A stretch of 64,000 nucleotides of DNA from Calothrix sp. NIES-2100 (GCA_002368195.1 AP018178.1:5081286-5145285), one strand, 5' to 3'. Counted from the stretch's first letter, positions 29,148 through 39,369 are shown. Numbers and translations are program-made. The notes: generated by a model from the sequence alone, not told the origin.

Positions 29148-31253
29148 TTAAACAAACTGAATATCATTCAGGCTATAGCCATTACCAACGATCGCGACTA
29201 TATCAAAACCAGGGAAAATTAGAGATGAATTGAGACTGTCTTGGGCAATATTTGTTTTGGAAGCATCGTAGACACCATTGTTTTTGACGATCTGATCTAC
29301 AGTTGCTGTCACCTGAGAATCTTTAAAGTCGCTACCAATGGCTATCTCTCCAGTAGTTGAGTCGAATAGGGGGCGGATAGCAATGTAGTTTCGTCCAAAG
29401 ATATAGTTTGCCAGTTTTTTCAATTGGATTTTATCCTGACCAGTCTGGAAATCTTGAGCGAAGGCGAAGTCATTGAGACCAAAAAATCCGCCACCTCCTA
29501 CATAGTAAGAATTTTTTGCATCGCCAACGACAAACTTATCAGCATCAGCACCGCCGCTGAGGATATCTACTTCTTTAATACCTGGGTTAACACTCCCAGG
29601 AGCAACACCGATTAAGGTATCTTGACCACCAAGACCAGAAATGTTGTCATTTCCCTTGTTACCTGTAAGCAGATTATCTTTGCTGTCACCAAAAATGCTG
29701 TCATTTTGGGTAGTACCAGTGACATTGACAAAGTTCTGCACTTGGAATTTAACTGCGCCTAGCAGAGGAATTCCATTCACAACTAGACGGTTGGCTGACA
29801 AATTAACATCTAATGATGTGGTTGTACTCGTACCAGTGGAACCATCAATAGCATTAGCTTGATTTGTCGTCCCAATGATTGATTCTATGTTCCGGATCTG
29901 ATCGATACCAGCTCCGTTTTTATTCACAACACCGACAGCTTCTAGGGTGATAGCATTACGCGAATTACTGTAATCAGCGGTATCGAAATCAGTACCCCCA
30001 TCTAAGATGTCATTGCCAGTGTCACCAATTAAGGTATCATTGCCAGTTCCACCGTTTAAGCTATCGTTCCCGTCACTGCGAGCAAATAAGTTGATACCAC
30101 TTTTGCTACCGCCAGCAATTACATCATTACCACCATCGCCATTGATGGTATCATCGCCATTGAGTCCAAAGATTTGGTCGTTACCGTCTTTGCCAATGAG
30201 TAAGTTACTGCCACCATCGCCGAGAATCTGGTCAGCTTGTGAAGTCCCAGTGACATTGACAAAGTTCTGAACTTGGAATTTGACTGAACCTAGTCCGGGA
30301 ATCCCATTCACAACTAGACTGTTGACTGACAAATTAACATCTAATGATGTGGTTGTACTCGTACCAGTAGAAGCATCAATCGCATTGGTTTTTCCTGTCG
30401 CCCCAATGATTGATTCTATGTTCAGGATCTGATCGATACCAGATGCGCCTTTATTCACAACACCTACAGCTTGTAAGGTGATTGCGTTACCCACATTACT
30501 ATAGTCAACGGTATCGAAATAAGTACCCCCATCTAAGATGTCATTGCCACTGCCACCAATTAAGGTATCATTGCCACTGCCACCGTTTAAGCTATCGTTC
30601 CCGTCACTAGCAGAACCAACGATGGTACTTTTGCTACCGCCACCAATCACATCATTACCACCATCGCCTTTGATGGTATCATTGCCGTTGAGTCCAAAAA
30701 TTTGGTCGTTGCCCTCTTTTCCAGTCAGCAAGTTATTGCCTTGACTACCGATAATTTGGTCGGCTTGTGAAGTCCCAGTTACTCTAGCAAAGTTGAGAAC
30801 TTGAAACTTCAAAGTCCCAATCCCCGGAACTCCGTTCACAACCAGACTGTTAGTTGACAAATTGACATCTAATGATGTGGTTGTGCTGGTACTGGTGGAA
30901 CCATCAATAATATTGGTTTTTCCTTTCGCCCCAATAATCGTCTCAATTCCAAACAGCCGATCTGTACCTTCTGTGCCTTTTTTGACAAACCCGGCAGCTT
31001 CTAAAGTAACGGCTTGACCCAACTCACTATAGTCAACTGTATCCGTGCCAGTATCTCCTATAAAGATATCATTGCCGGTACTACCAATAATGCGATCGTT
31101 TCCGGCTAGGGCAATTACAAGATCGTTCAACGCAGTGGTGGGGAGGATGTCATCCAAGGGAGTTCCGACAATTAGATTATCAATCAGCGATAACTCTTGT
31201 GCAGATACAGCAGCCGGAATATAGGCTTGATATTGGTCAAGTTTTTCTACCAT
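29148..31253 (-). CDS. Secreted Ca2+-binding RTX (hemolysin-type GGxGxD) repeat protein with three near-identical ~230-aa modules
   Basis: Many 'GGSGNDTLIGGSGNDILDGG' nonapeptide repeats. Three long DNA-level repeats span about 29600-30950. The C-terminal ~150 aa differ from the modules. Confidence 0.75.
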   Translation of the reverse strand: MVEKLDQYQAYIPAAVSAQELSLIDNLIVGTPLDDILPTTALNDLVIALAGNDRIIGSTGNDIFIGDTGTDTVDYSELGQAVTLEAAGFVKKGTEGTDRLFGIETIIGAKGKTNIIDGSTSTSTTTSLDVNLSTNSLVVNGVPGIGTLKFQVLNFARVTGTSQADQIIGSQGNNLLTGKEGNDQIFGLNGNDTIKGDGGNDVIGGGSKSTIVGSASDGNDSLNGGSGNDTLIGGSGNDILDGGTYFDTVDYSNVGNAITLQAVGVVNKGASGIDQILNIESIIGATGKTNAIDASTGTSTTTSLDVNLSVNSLVVNGIPGLGSVKFQVQNFVNVTGTSQADQILGDGGSNLLIGKDGNDQIFGLNGDDTINGDGGNDVIAGGSKSGINLFARSDGNDSLNGGTGNDTLIGDTGNDILDGGTDFDTADYSNSRNAITLEAVGVVNKNGAGIDQIRNIESIIGTTNQANAIDGSTGTSTTTSLDVNLSANRLVVNGIPLLGAVKFQVQNFVNVTGTTQNDSIFGDSKDNLLTGNKGNDNISGLGGQDTLIGVAPGSVNPGIKEVDILSGGADADKFVVGDAKNSYYVGGGGFFGLNDFAFAQDFQTGQDKIQLKKLANYIFGRNYIAIRPLFDSTTGEIAIGSDFKDSQVTATVDQIVKNNGVYDASKTNIAQDSLNSSLIFPGFDIVAIVGNGYSLNDIQFV

Positions 31254-31985
31254 TTTTTATTACCTATGATTGGATTTAATGAAAATACTTGTTGGTCAAG
31301 AGTAAAACGTGCAGCAAAAAAACGGCCAAGGGGTAACAAAAAAGAAAAGCAATAAGCTTTAACCCCTTACCCTTTACCCTTTAACCCAAAGCAAATTAAG
31401 AGTTGAAATGTTTGAACCGAAAAGTATTGGATTTAGCCATAGTTATCATAATATTTGTCAATAAATAAATTTAATAAAATATTAAAAGTACTTTTAAGAG
31501 ATTTTTAAAGATTATATAAAGACGTGTTTAGCTTGTGACTAGATGGTGTAAAAGTGCCTTCATGAAGATAGATAATCCAGGATACAAATCTCTATTTTCA
31601 TGGCTAATTTTTCAATGAAAATACCTTGATGCTCTAAATCTGTAAATTCGTTTTACAGAGAAAATTTGATAGCTAAAAAATATTTGTCTACTCGCACCCA
31701 CAAATGTTGTCAAAATACTAAATAATCACAGCTTGATGCATTTAGGACTTACGCAAAAAACCTCTCAAACTCTCATTACCACCGAAGTGCTGATCTAAGG
31801 AAGCCTTATCTGGTGACTTGTGTGTGTATACTCTGTGTCCGTAAGTCCTGGCATTGTGGAGCGTCTTGAATTCCGCTGATGCTTCTAATATTGTGGAATA
31901 CCAACTATTTTCAAAGTTCAGTGCTATTACAGTAGTTATATAAAATACTAAGTGTGAAGCTGAAGAAAATACTTTAACAATAAAT

Positions 31986-32408
31986 ATGTCAATCTTAGTT
32001 TCAATACTCGACTTTCTAGTTTCTATTAATGGAGTAGGTAAGCTATGGGCTGCTGATGGTCAATTTTTGGGAGTGCTATCAAGTGACCGATATGACTCAA
32101 ACTCAATCAACAATCCTGACGGGATGTATGGTGGGACGTATGGAATTTACAGTATCAGCAATCCTTACGGGGTATATGGCGGGACGTATGGAATTTACAG
32201 CCCTTACAATACTTATTGCATAAATCCGCCTTTTGTTGTTTACCAAGGTCAAGTAGTGCTGGTTCTATCAAAAAACGCTAATTTTCAGAGCAATGGTGTA
32301 CCAGTTATTGACCCTGATCTTCTAGTGAGTGTATACGCAAAAATTGGCCAGCCACAAAACCCTTTTTATTCATCTGTAGCTTCCAAGTTCGATTCTGGTT
32401 GGGGTTGA
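31986..32408 (+). CDS. Hypothetical Gly/Tyr-rich small protein (140 aa)
   Basis: The internal repeat 'NPYG(M/V)YGGTYGIYS' occurs twice. No recognisable domain. Confidence 0.35.
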   Translation: MSILVSILDFLVSINGVGKLWAADGQFLGVLSSDRYDSNSINNPDGMYGGTYGIYSISNPYGVYGGTYGIYSPYNTYCINPPFVVYQGQVVLVLSKNANFQSNGVPVIDPDLLVSVYAKIGQPQNPFYSSVASKFDSGWG

Positions 32409-32476
32409 ATTTATAATTTCTCAGCGATCGCTTTACATGGAATGTAACTAAAATTTTTAGTTATATAAAGTACAGA

Positions 32477-33073
32477 TTATTTGCGCTGATTGCGGATAGC
32501 CTGCTCAAATTCAACAACAGCATCGTACTGATCGGGTATGGCGATATAGTGCAGCAGCAATGCACGATCTAATTCGGGAAAAAACCCACTCCGGTTTACT
32601 TCTTGATACTCGCCATCCTCAGTAAGCCGGAATATTTTAATTTCGTTAGATTTCCAAAACCAAACTTCAGGGACTTTTTTGGGTTTGTACAACTCTGTCC
32701 TGTTAATTGTGCCACTGGTGACAATGACTTCAATCACAATGTCAGGAACTTCTTTTTCTGTGCCGATACTATAAGACTCATCTGGTGTACCTGAAGCATA
32801 GCCTGGTGCTTCTAGTGTGAAACCTCCACGTTTGTAAAATCGAATGCCCAACTGTTTCATGTAAGCTTCTAGCAGCAAGCCAAGGGTACTTTTCACTTTC
32901 TCATGTTTTTCACCAATGGGAGCCATAATTTCTAATATCCCTGACAAATAAGACAGTCGGACATTGCGGTTGTCCTCTAACTGTGCCTCAATTCCTTTGA
33001 ATTGCTCCCACGAAACATCCTTGAGAGTTACCAGTCTTTCTTCGGTGAAATACTCTACAACTGGGATGCTCAT
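32477..33073 (-). CDS. Uma2-family (DUF820) PD-(D/E)xK endonuclease-like protein
   Basis: 198 aa. The composition and 'EVIVTSG' PD-ExK-like core are typical of this family, which is abundant in cyanobacteria. Confidence 0.55.
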   Translation of the reverse strand: MSIPVVEYFTEERLVTLKDVSWEQFKGIEAQLEDNRNVRLSYLSGILEIMAPIGEKHEKVKSTLGLLLEAYMKQLGIRFYKRGGFTLEAPGYASGTPDESYSIGTEKEVPDIVIEVIVTSGTINRTELYKPKKVPEVWFWKSNEIKIFRLTEDGEYQEVNRSGFFPELDRALLLHYIAIPDQYDAVVEFEQAIRNQRK

Positions 33074-33325
33074 AACAACACTTTCTGAACAGGAATAATC
33101 TTACGCTCACTAATTTTAGTATAGAACCCTTATTGATTTTTGAATAAACTCATACCAATTCAAATAATGTTTGCGACACATAAATTAATTCATAAGGGCA
33201 TAACAATCTTCCCTACCCATTTGTCAAATTCTTTTTTCAAATTGGTATCAGGTATATATAGCATTCTCAGGGCACAGCATTGCTGTGCCCCTACAAAAAT
33301 TTTATTTTTACTTTGTAAACAACCG

Positions 33326-35224
33326 CTAACGTGTATATTTTATACTTTCAACTTTCCCTAAAAACTTGTCTGTGAAAATGCTCATGACAGTGCGCTTGCG
33401 GACGTTAATATTAGCACTCAAAGACATCCCAGATTGGAGAGGTACGTCTGCACCATTAACATTAAGGGCTTGTTTTTCTAAGCGGATTTCAGCAGCAAAA
33501 CGATAATATGGATGGGTTTGATCGGGAGGTAAAGCATCGGAACCTATACGAACTAAGTGCCCTTTAATATCACTAAATTCAGTGTAAGGAAAAGAGTCAA
33601 TTCTCACATCTACAGGCATTCCAGCTTTGACAAAACCGATATCATTATTGGTGATGAAAACTTGTGCTACAAGGTTTTCTGGAGGGACAATTTTGAGAAT
33701 GGTTTCACTGCTGTTATAAACGTATCCAGAATTGCGAGGTTTTAAATCAAAAATAACACCATCATTTGAGGCTCGCAGTTCTTGATATTTCATATTCAAC
33801 TGAAGTTCGCTGATTTCACTGTTAATTTCTTGGATTTTTTTCTTATTTTCAACAATGACTTTGGTAAGTTGACTATCTATATCAGCGATGCGCTTTTCGT
33901 TATCGGCTATTTTGCTGAGTAAATCTTCTTTGGAAAGGGCGATCGCATTTTGTAGTTTCTTTTCTCCTTGGGCGATCGCTAATTTTAAACGTTCTTCTTC
34001 TTGCACTAGGCGGTTAACTTCAGCTTGGCTAGTGTCTGCGGCTTGTCGTCGTTCTAGGTAGGGTAAACGGGCGAATGCTCCCTTTTTCACCAGCGTTTGG
34101 ATGTTATTGGCAATTTCTAAGTTTGTTGTCAGACTACTTCTAGCACTAATCAGTTGGGCTTGCACTTGATTTAACTGGCGGGTTAATTGTTCCCGATCCA
34201 AGCGCACTGAATCAATCCGAGTTTCTTTTTCTAATTGTCTATTGACTAAGCGTTCTCGAGAACGCGGGTTTAAGTCGCGTATTCCCAAGCCTGCGTTTAA
34301 TTCGGCGCGAAAAAGTTGATTTTCTTGCACCAAAGCTGCACGGTTTTCTGTGAGTGCGGCTAATTCTGGTACTTCCTTTAACTGCTGGGGGCTAGAATTA
34401 GCTGTGAGCGATCGCATCTGCATCTGGTAAAACTGATTTTCTGCCATTAAGCTGGCGCGAACTGCTTGCTGGGAAGTTAATTTCGCCTGACTAGTAGTGC
34501 GATCGAAGCTAACTAATAAGTCGCCTTTTTTGACTCTTTGTCCTTCTTGGACGTGAATTTTAGAAATGACTCCGCCTACTGGTGCTTGGATCTCTTTGAC
34601 AAAACCTTTGGGTTCGAGTTTACCTTGCACGGGAACAGATTCATCAATTTTGGCAGTAGCAGCCCAAATAAGAGAAAAAGTTGTGACTCCAACTATACTC
34701 CAGACAATAGCATGAGACCAAGCACGAGATTGTTTGAGGATGACGGGCTGATCGAACTCTTCTTTCTCTTCAGGTAAAGTCAATCCTGAACCGAAAATAC
34801 CCGTATCCCCTTGCAGGAGAAGTTGCCATTGACGCTGGGCTTGTGGGAAGCGCTTCCAGATTAAAAATATGCCGCCAACGGCAAACAATAATAAAAAACC
34901 GCCCGTAGATAAAAGCATTTCTATCTGTAAAGGACGATATCCCACAGCATCAACATAATTATTGTGATAATCGCTCTTTTGCTGCAATAATGGTTGATTT
35001 TGAGATTGCGTTTGCGCCACTGTTCGCGAATCTTTCGGACTAGTCTCTTGATTAATCGGCGGTGAAAAAGCTAACTCCATGCTTTCTGGTTCACTAACGC
35101 AATTACCAATATCAGATTTTGCTTTTGTTGTCTCATCAGTACGAATTTCTTGACACTGATTAGCCGGTGTTGGCGAAATATTGGAACATTGTGTGCAAGC
35201 TAGCAGTAAAGATAAATCTGGCAT
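33326..35224 (-). CDS. HlyD-family membrane-fusion / secretion protein with a long N-terminal extension
   Basis: A single TM is followed by a coiled-coil-rich periplasmic domain and a C-terminal beta domain. 632 aa, so the true start may be an internal ATG. Confidence 0.7.
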   Translation of the reverse strand: MPDLSLLLACTQCSNISPTPANQCQEIRTDETTKAKSDIGNCVSEPESMELAFSPPINQETSPKDSRTVAQTQSQNQPLLQQKSDYHNNYVDAVGYRPLQIEMLLSTGGFLLLFAVGGIFLIWKRFPQAQRQWQLLLQGDTGIFGSGLTLPEEKEEFDQPVILKQSRAWSHAIVWSIVGVTTFSLIWAATAKIDESVPVQGKLEPKGFVKEIQAPVGGVISKIHVQEGQRVKKGDLLVSFDRTTSQAKLTSQQAVRASLMAENQFYQMQMRSLTANSSPQQLKEVPELAALTENRAALVQENQLFRAELNAGLGIRDLNPRSRERLVNRQLEKETRIDSVRLDREQLTRQLNQVQAQLISARSSLTTNLEIANNIQTLVKKGAFARLPYLERRQAADTSQAEVNRLVQEEERLKLAIAQGEKKLQNAIALSKEDLLSKIADNEKRIADIDSQLTKVIVENKKKIQEINSEISELQLNMKYQELRASNDGVIFDLKPRNSGYVYNSSETILKIVPPENLVAQVFITNNDIGFVKAGMPVDVRIDSFPYTEFSDIKGHLVRIGSDALPPDQTHPYYRFAAEIRLEKQALNVNGADVPLQSGMSLSANINVRKRTVMSIFTDKFLGKVESIKYTR

Positions 35225-35335
35225 GGTTCTACTTGGTAGTTGTCAATAGTCAAGAGTCAATAGTCAGTTGTTATTGGGCATGGGGCATTGGGCATTGGTG
35301 ATTGAGTTTTTTGCTAATTCTGCTTTGTAGCTTTA

Positions 35336-35668
35336 ATTGCTATTTCGGAGTACTCAATTGCTATTTCGGCGATCGCAAAAGCTATTTCGGAGTACTCAAT
35401 TGCTATTTTGGCGAACCCAAAAGCTATTTCGGCGATCGCAAAAGCTATTTCGGAGTACTCAAAAGCTATTTCGGCGAACCCAAAAGCTATTTCGGAGTAC
35501 TCAAAAGCTATTTCGGAGTACTCAAAAGCTATTTCGGCGATCGCAAAAGCTATTTCGGAGTACTCAAAAGCTATTTCGGCGATCGCAAAAGCTATTTCGG
35601 AGAACTCAAAAGCTATTTAAGCGATGCCTGCGGCGGGCTACGCCGGAGCAAAAGCTATTTCCACCTCC
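35336..35668. repeat. 21-bp minisatellite (AAAGCTATTTCGGMGWNCKCA) x about 15 between the ABC and HlyD genes, bracketed by inverted heptamer arrays (35273-35298 GGGCATK; 35667-35696 its reverse complement)
   Basis: Direct read. The units alternate between '...cggagtactca' and '...cggcgatcgca' (HIP1). No start codon in any open frame. Confidence 0.9.
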
Positions 35669-35698
35669 CCATGCCCAATGCCCAATGCCCCATCCCTC

Positions 35699-38620
35699 TC
35701 ATAACTGCGATTCCTGTTGTTGAAACAGACAGTAATACCGCCCTCTCATGGCCATGAGTTCGGCGTGAGTTCCTTGCTCGGCAATTACACCTTGATCCAT
35801 GATGATAATTGTGTCGGCGTTTTTGACGGTGTTAAGTCGGTGGGTAATAAATAAAACTGTTCGTCCATGAAAAAACTCCATGAGATGGCGACAAACTTGT
35901 TGTTCAGATTCGTAATCTAAAGCACTGGTGGCTTCGTCGAGAATCAGTAATCTCGGATTTTGCAACACGGTACGGGCGATCGCAATTCTTTGGCGTTGTC
36001 CCCCAGAAAGGGCGGAACCGCGTTCACCGACAATTGTGTTGTAGCCATCAGGTAAACCCATGATGAAATCATGCGCAGCAGCGGTTTTGGCGGCGGCGAT
36101 AATTTCTTCGGTGGTTGCTTCTGGTCGAATTAAGGCAATATTATCTTGAATTGTACCTTCAAACAAAAGGGTATCTTGTAGCACTATGCCAATCTGCCGG
36201 CGCAGGGAGTTTAATTCTACTTTCCTGATATCATAACCATCTATTTGAATTTTTCCAGCTACAGGTTCGTAGAGCCGGGGTAATAATTTTGTCAATGTGC
36301 TTTTCCCGGAACCGCTTTGTCCGACTATCCCGACAAAGGTTCCTGGGGCAATATCTAAATTGATGTTGATCAGTTTTAAGCTATCTTCTGGGTTAAACCC
36401 AAAGGAAACTCCTGTGTATTTAATTGCACCTGCAATTTCTGGTAGTTGAATATTATGGCGATCGCTGGCTTTGACTTCGGGCGCTGTATCTAAAATGTCA
36501 CCAAGCCGTTCGATGGATAATGCTACTTCTTGGAAGTTTTGGGATAGTTGAATTAACCGCAGCAAGGGACTGGTCACATAACCAGCTATAATCCGAAAGG
36601 CGATTAACTGTCCGACAGTCAATTGATTGGAGATGACTAGATGTGCCCCTACCCACAGCAACACAAAGCTGGAAAATTGATTTAGAAATCCACTGATAGA
36701 GTTAGCGGTGCTAGATGTCAGGACATTCTTAAAGCCGGCGCTGATGTAACGAGTATAGCGATCGCGCCATTGCCAACGAGATTTTAATTCAATATTCTGT
36801 GCTTTGACTGTTTGAATCCCAGTCAGTATTTCAACTAAATAAGATTGAGTATCAGCATAGCGTTCGGCTTTTTTGCGTAACTGTTGCTGGACAATCGGCA
36901 CAACAAAGGTTGTGAGGATGGCAAATAATGGTACAGTCGCTAAAGCCACGAGGGTGAGCATCCAGCTGTAAAACAGCATGATGGCGATATAAATTACAGA
37001 GAACACCGCATCTAGGACTACTGTCAATGCTGTCCCTGTGAGAAATTGGCGGATATTTTCTAGTTCGTTAATCCGTCCAGCTAATTCGCCGACGCGGCGA
37101 CGTTCAAAATAGCTTAGAGGTAGTCGCAGTAAATGTTCAATAACTTCTGAACCTAAACGGATATCGATGCGGTTGGTAGTATCAGCAAATAGATAAATCC
37201 GTAGACTCGTTAAAGCGGCTTCAAATGCGCCAATCACCAGCAAAAAAATGCCCAAAATATCGAGAGTATCCAGGCTTTTCTGGATTAAGACGGTGTCGAT
37301 GATGATTTGGGTAACGATGGGGTTTGCTAATCCAAATATCTGGACAAAAAACGAAGCCACCAAAACTTCAACCAATACTAGACGGTATTTAAAGACGGAA
37401 GGTATGAACCAACGGAGGCTGAATTTTTCGGGGCGATCGCTTTCTGCTATTTCCACCGTCAATACCTGCCCTGATTGTCCCCAAATTTGGGCAAATTCTG
37501 TGGGAGTATATTGACATACTCCTGTTTCGGGAGCAGCCACAACAATTTCCCGCTCTGTAATTTTATACAGCAGGGCGAGATTTTCTTGCCAATAAATTAG
37601 GGCTGGCGCACTCAAGCGGTTGATCACATTAACAGGAACTTTGACTAAATGGGCTTGCAAACCCATCATTTCGATGACTGCGCCTGCTAAAGGTAAGGAA
37701 ATCTGTTTTTGGGATTTCAGGTGATTGGTTAAAAACTTCCGGATTAAATCGCGGCGAAAAGTACCCCCCAATATCTGATTCAACATCTGGAAACAGGCTA
37801 AAGGGGTATCAATTTTGCCCTTCCCCTCTACAAATATAGTTTGTGCTGGGGCGAGATTTTCGGTTATGGGGTCTGGGGGATATTCTGGTGCTGGCGCAAT
37901 TTTTAAACTCGCACCATTTTCCTCAGGAATATTCCACGGAATCCCCAATAAGCGGACTGGGGTTGGGTTTTGCCAAGTTTGGTGAGAGTCACTCAAGGCT
38001 AATCGATAGCCAACAGTCATACCCTCAATGCTACCTGCACTCACTAGCCATAAACGCTGTTGGTCAAAGTCCTGGGAATTCACTGTTCCAGGCGGTAAAT
38101 TTACTACCTGTGTTTCTTGCCAAACTTGGCGTGCTAAATCTTTAGTATCGGTGGTTGCATCGGCGTAACGCTGGATTTCCCGACTTAAGAGTTCAAAAAC
38201 TTCACTAATGTGGGGACGCGATCGCACAGATTCGGCAAATGCTGGCTCTTTGTCCATCAATTGCAGAAATTCTGCTGCTTCTAGAGTAATTGCGATCGCA
38301 TCTGTCGAGGCCATTACCGCCTCGCAACTTATCCCCCGCACCAATCCTAACCACCCCAGAAACTCTCCTTGTTCGACGACAGTTAAACTAATTTGCGAGT
38401 TAGTCCACTGGTCGTCAGCCAATACCCGCGCAGTTCCTTGATAAATCACCATGACATGTGCTGGCATTCTGTCTTTTACCAGCATCCATTGTCCGGTGCG
38501 ATATTGCAACAGTTGGCAGTTATGAGCAACGGTTTTTAAGGTATCAATTTTGAGTGTGTTAAACGGGGGAGTTGCGGCGAGGAATTCGACAATTTCGGTT
38601 TGGGTGATAACTGGCATCAT
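35699..38620 (-). CDS. ABC exporter permease/ATPase with N-terminal cNMP-binding-like and C39-peptidase-like domains (bacteriocin/T1SS type)
   Basis: Walker A 'GQSGSGKSTL', signature 'LSGGQRQRIAIAR', Walker B 'ILDEATSALD'. A six-TM ABC membrane domain sits upstream of the NBD. A C39-like segment carries a Cys in 'TPLACFQ'. The N-terminal ~170 aa look like a beta-roll cNMP-binding fold. The start ATGATG overlaps the stop of the upstream gene (ATGA). Confidence 0.8.
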   Translation of the reverse strand: MMPVITQTEIVEFLAATPPFNTLKIDTLKTVAHNCQLLQYRTGQWMLVKDRMPAHVMVIYQGTARVLADDQWTNSQISLTVVEQGEFLGWLGLVRGISCEAVMASTDAIAITLEAAEFLQLMDKEPAFAESVRSRPHISEVFELLSREIQRYADATTDTKDLARQVWQETQVVNLPPGTVNSQDFDQQRLWLVSAGSIEGMTVGYRLALSDSHQTWQNPTPVRLLGIPWNIPEENGASLKIAPAPEYPPDPITENLAPAQTIFVEGKGKIDTPLACFQMLNQILGGTFRRDLIRKFLTNHLKSQKQISLPLAGAVIEMMGLQAHLVKVPVNVINRLSAPALIYWQENLALLYKITEREIVVAAPETGVCQYTPTEFAQIWGQSGQVLTVEIAESDRPEKFSLRWFIPSVFKYRLVLVEVLVASFFVQIFGLANPIVTQIIIDTVLIQKSLDTLDILGIFLLVIGAFEAALTSLRIYLFADTTNRIDIRLGSEVIEHLLRLPLSYFERRRVGELAGRINELENIRQFLTGTALTVVLDAVFSVIYIAIMLFYSWMLTLVALATVPLFAILTTFVVPIVQQQLRKKAERYADTQSYLVEILTGIQTVKAQNIELKSRWQWRDRYTRYISAGFKNVLTSSTANSISGFLNQFSSFVLLWVGAHLVISNQLTVGQLIAFRIIAGYVTSPLLRLIQLSQNFQEVALSIERLGDILDTAPEVKASDRHNIQLPEIAGAIKYTGVSFGFNPEDSLKLININLDIAPGTFVGIVGQSGSGKSTLTKLLPRLYEPVAGKIQIDGYDIRKVELNSLRRQIGIVLQDTLLFEGTIQDNIALIRPEATTEEIIAAAKTAAAHDFIMGLPDGYNTIVGERGSALSGGQRQRIAIARTVLQNPRLLILDEATSALDYESEQQVCRHLMEFFHGRTVLFITHRLNTVKNADTIIIMDQGVIAEQGTHAELMAMRGRYYCLFQQQESQL

Positions 38621-39369
38621 GCCAAGAGATACTCCACACAATGGTTAGCAGATTCTAAGTGAGTTTGTATTTGTGTTTCTATCCAAGCTTCAAAGAGTTC
38701 ATTTAGCAAATACTGTTGCATATTTTCATCTAACTGGGCTGGTAGTAATTGCTCTAAGCGAATAATTACATACCAATCGGCTATTAAATGCGGTTTCCAA
38801 ATTTGACCTGGTTGACTCACATAGAGAATTTGCTGAATTGTCGGATGAGGTTGAGACAGGGGAACTGGGCCGATAACTCCCCCTGTTTGTGCTTCCGAGC
38901 CTAGGGAATACTGCTGGGCTATGGTTGCGAAAGGATGCTCTCCCTCAACAATCCGAAAATATAGCTCTTGGGCTAAACCTTCATCTTGGGTACGAATCAT
39001 GGAATAGATTACCCGGTCTAAATCTGCTTTGCGGTGCAGAAAATAAGACTCTAGTTTATTACCCCACATTGCAAGTTGGAATTTCTGGATTAATAGCGGA
39101 CGGATTGCTATCTCCTCTAGGATTGCTTCAGTTAGTAGGTTTTTTTGCAACCATGCTTGTTCTACCTCTGGTGAAATAAGTTGGTGACGTTCCCGAAACT
39201 TGGCGATCGCGGCTAGATGTTCTGCTTCGGTGCAAGAGAAAGATGCGATCGCTTCGTCTATCACTTTGGCGCGTAATACCTGTGGTAACAGTTGATAACG
39301 ATTTAGTAAAGACAGTAATTTTTCGCTATGAAGAATTTCGTTACCCACTTGTAATGTTTGTGTCGTCAT
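38617..39369 (-). CDS. Parvulin-like (PpiC-type) peptidyl-prolyl isomerase domain protein, translationally coupled to the ABC exporter
   Basis: 'EHPFATIAQQYSLGSEAQTGGVIGPV' resembles the PpiC/parvulin core. 250 aa. Its stop overlaps the ABC start. Confidence 0.5.
   Translation of the reverse strand: MTTQTLQVGNEILHSEKLLSLLNRYQLLPQVLRAKVIDEAIASFSCTEAEHLAAIAKFRERHQLISPEVEQAWLQKNLLTEAILEEIAIRPLLIQKFQLAMWGNKLESYFLHRKADLDRVIYSMIRTQDEGLAQELYFRIVEGEHPFATIAQQYSLGSEAQTGGVIGPVPLSQPHPTIQQILYVSQPGQIWKPHLIADWYVIIRLEQLLPAQLDENMQQYLLNELFEAWIETQIQTHLESANHCVEYLLA

Noticed and set aside
35336-35668. Possible CRISPR array
   Set aside because: The units are contiguous with no unique spacers. The 21-bp period and alternating variants mark it as a minisatellite, not a repeat-spacer array. 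No cas genes are nearby.
35302-35757. Three overlapping + strand ORFs (151, 128, 70 aa) with SYFG/KLFR/KAIS repeats
   Set aside because: They are artefacts of the 21-bp minisatellite, which has a 7-codon period so every frame is open. They run antisense to the surrounding operon and have no start context.
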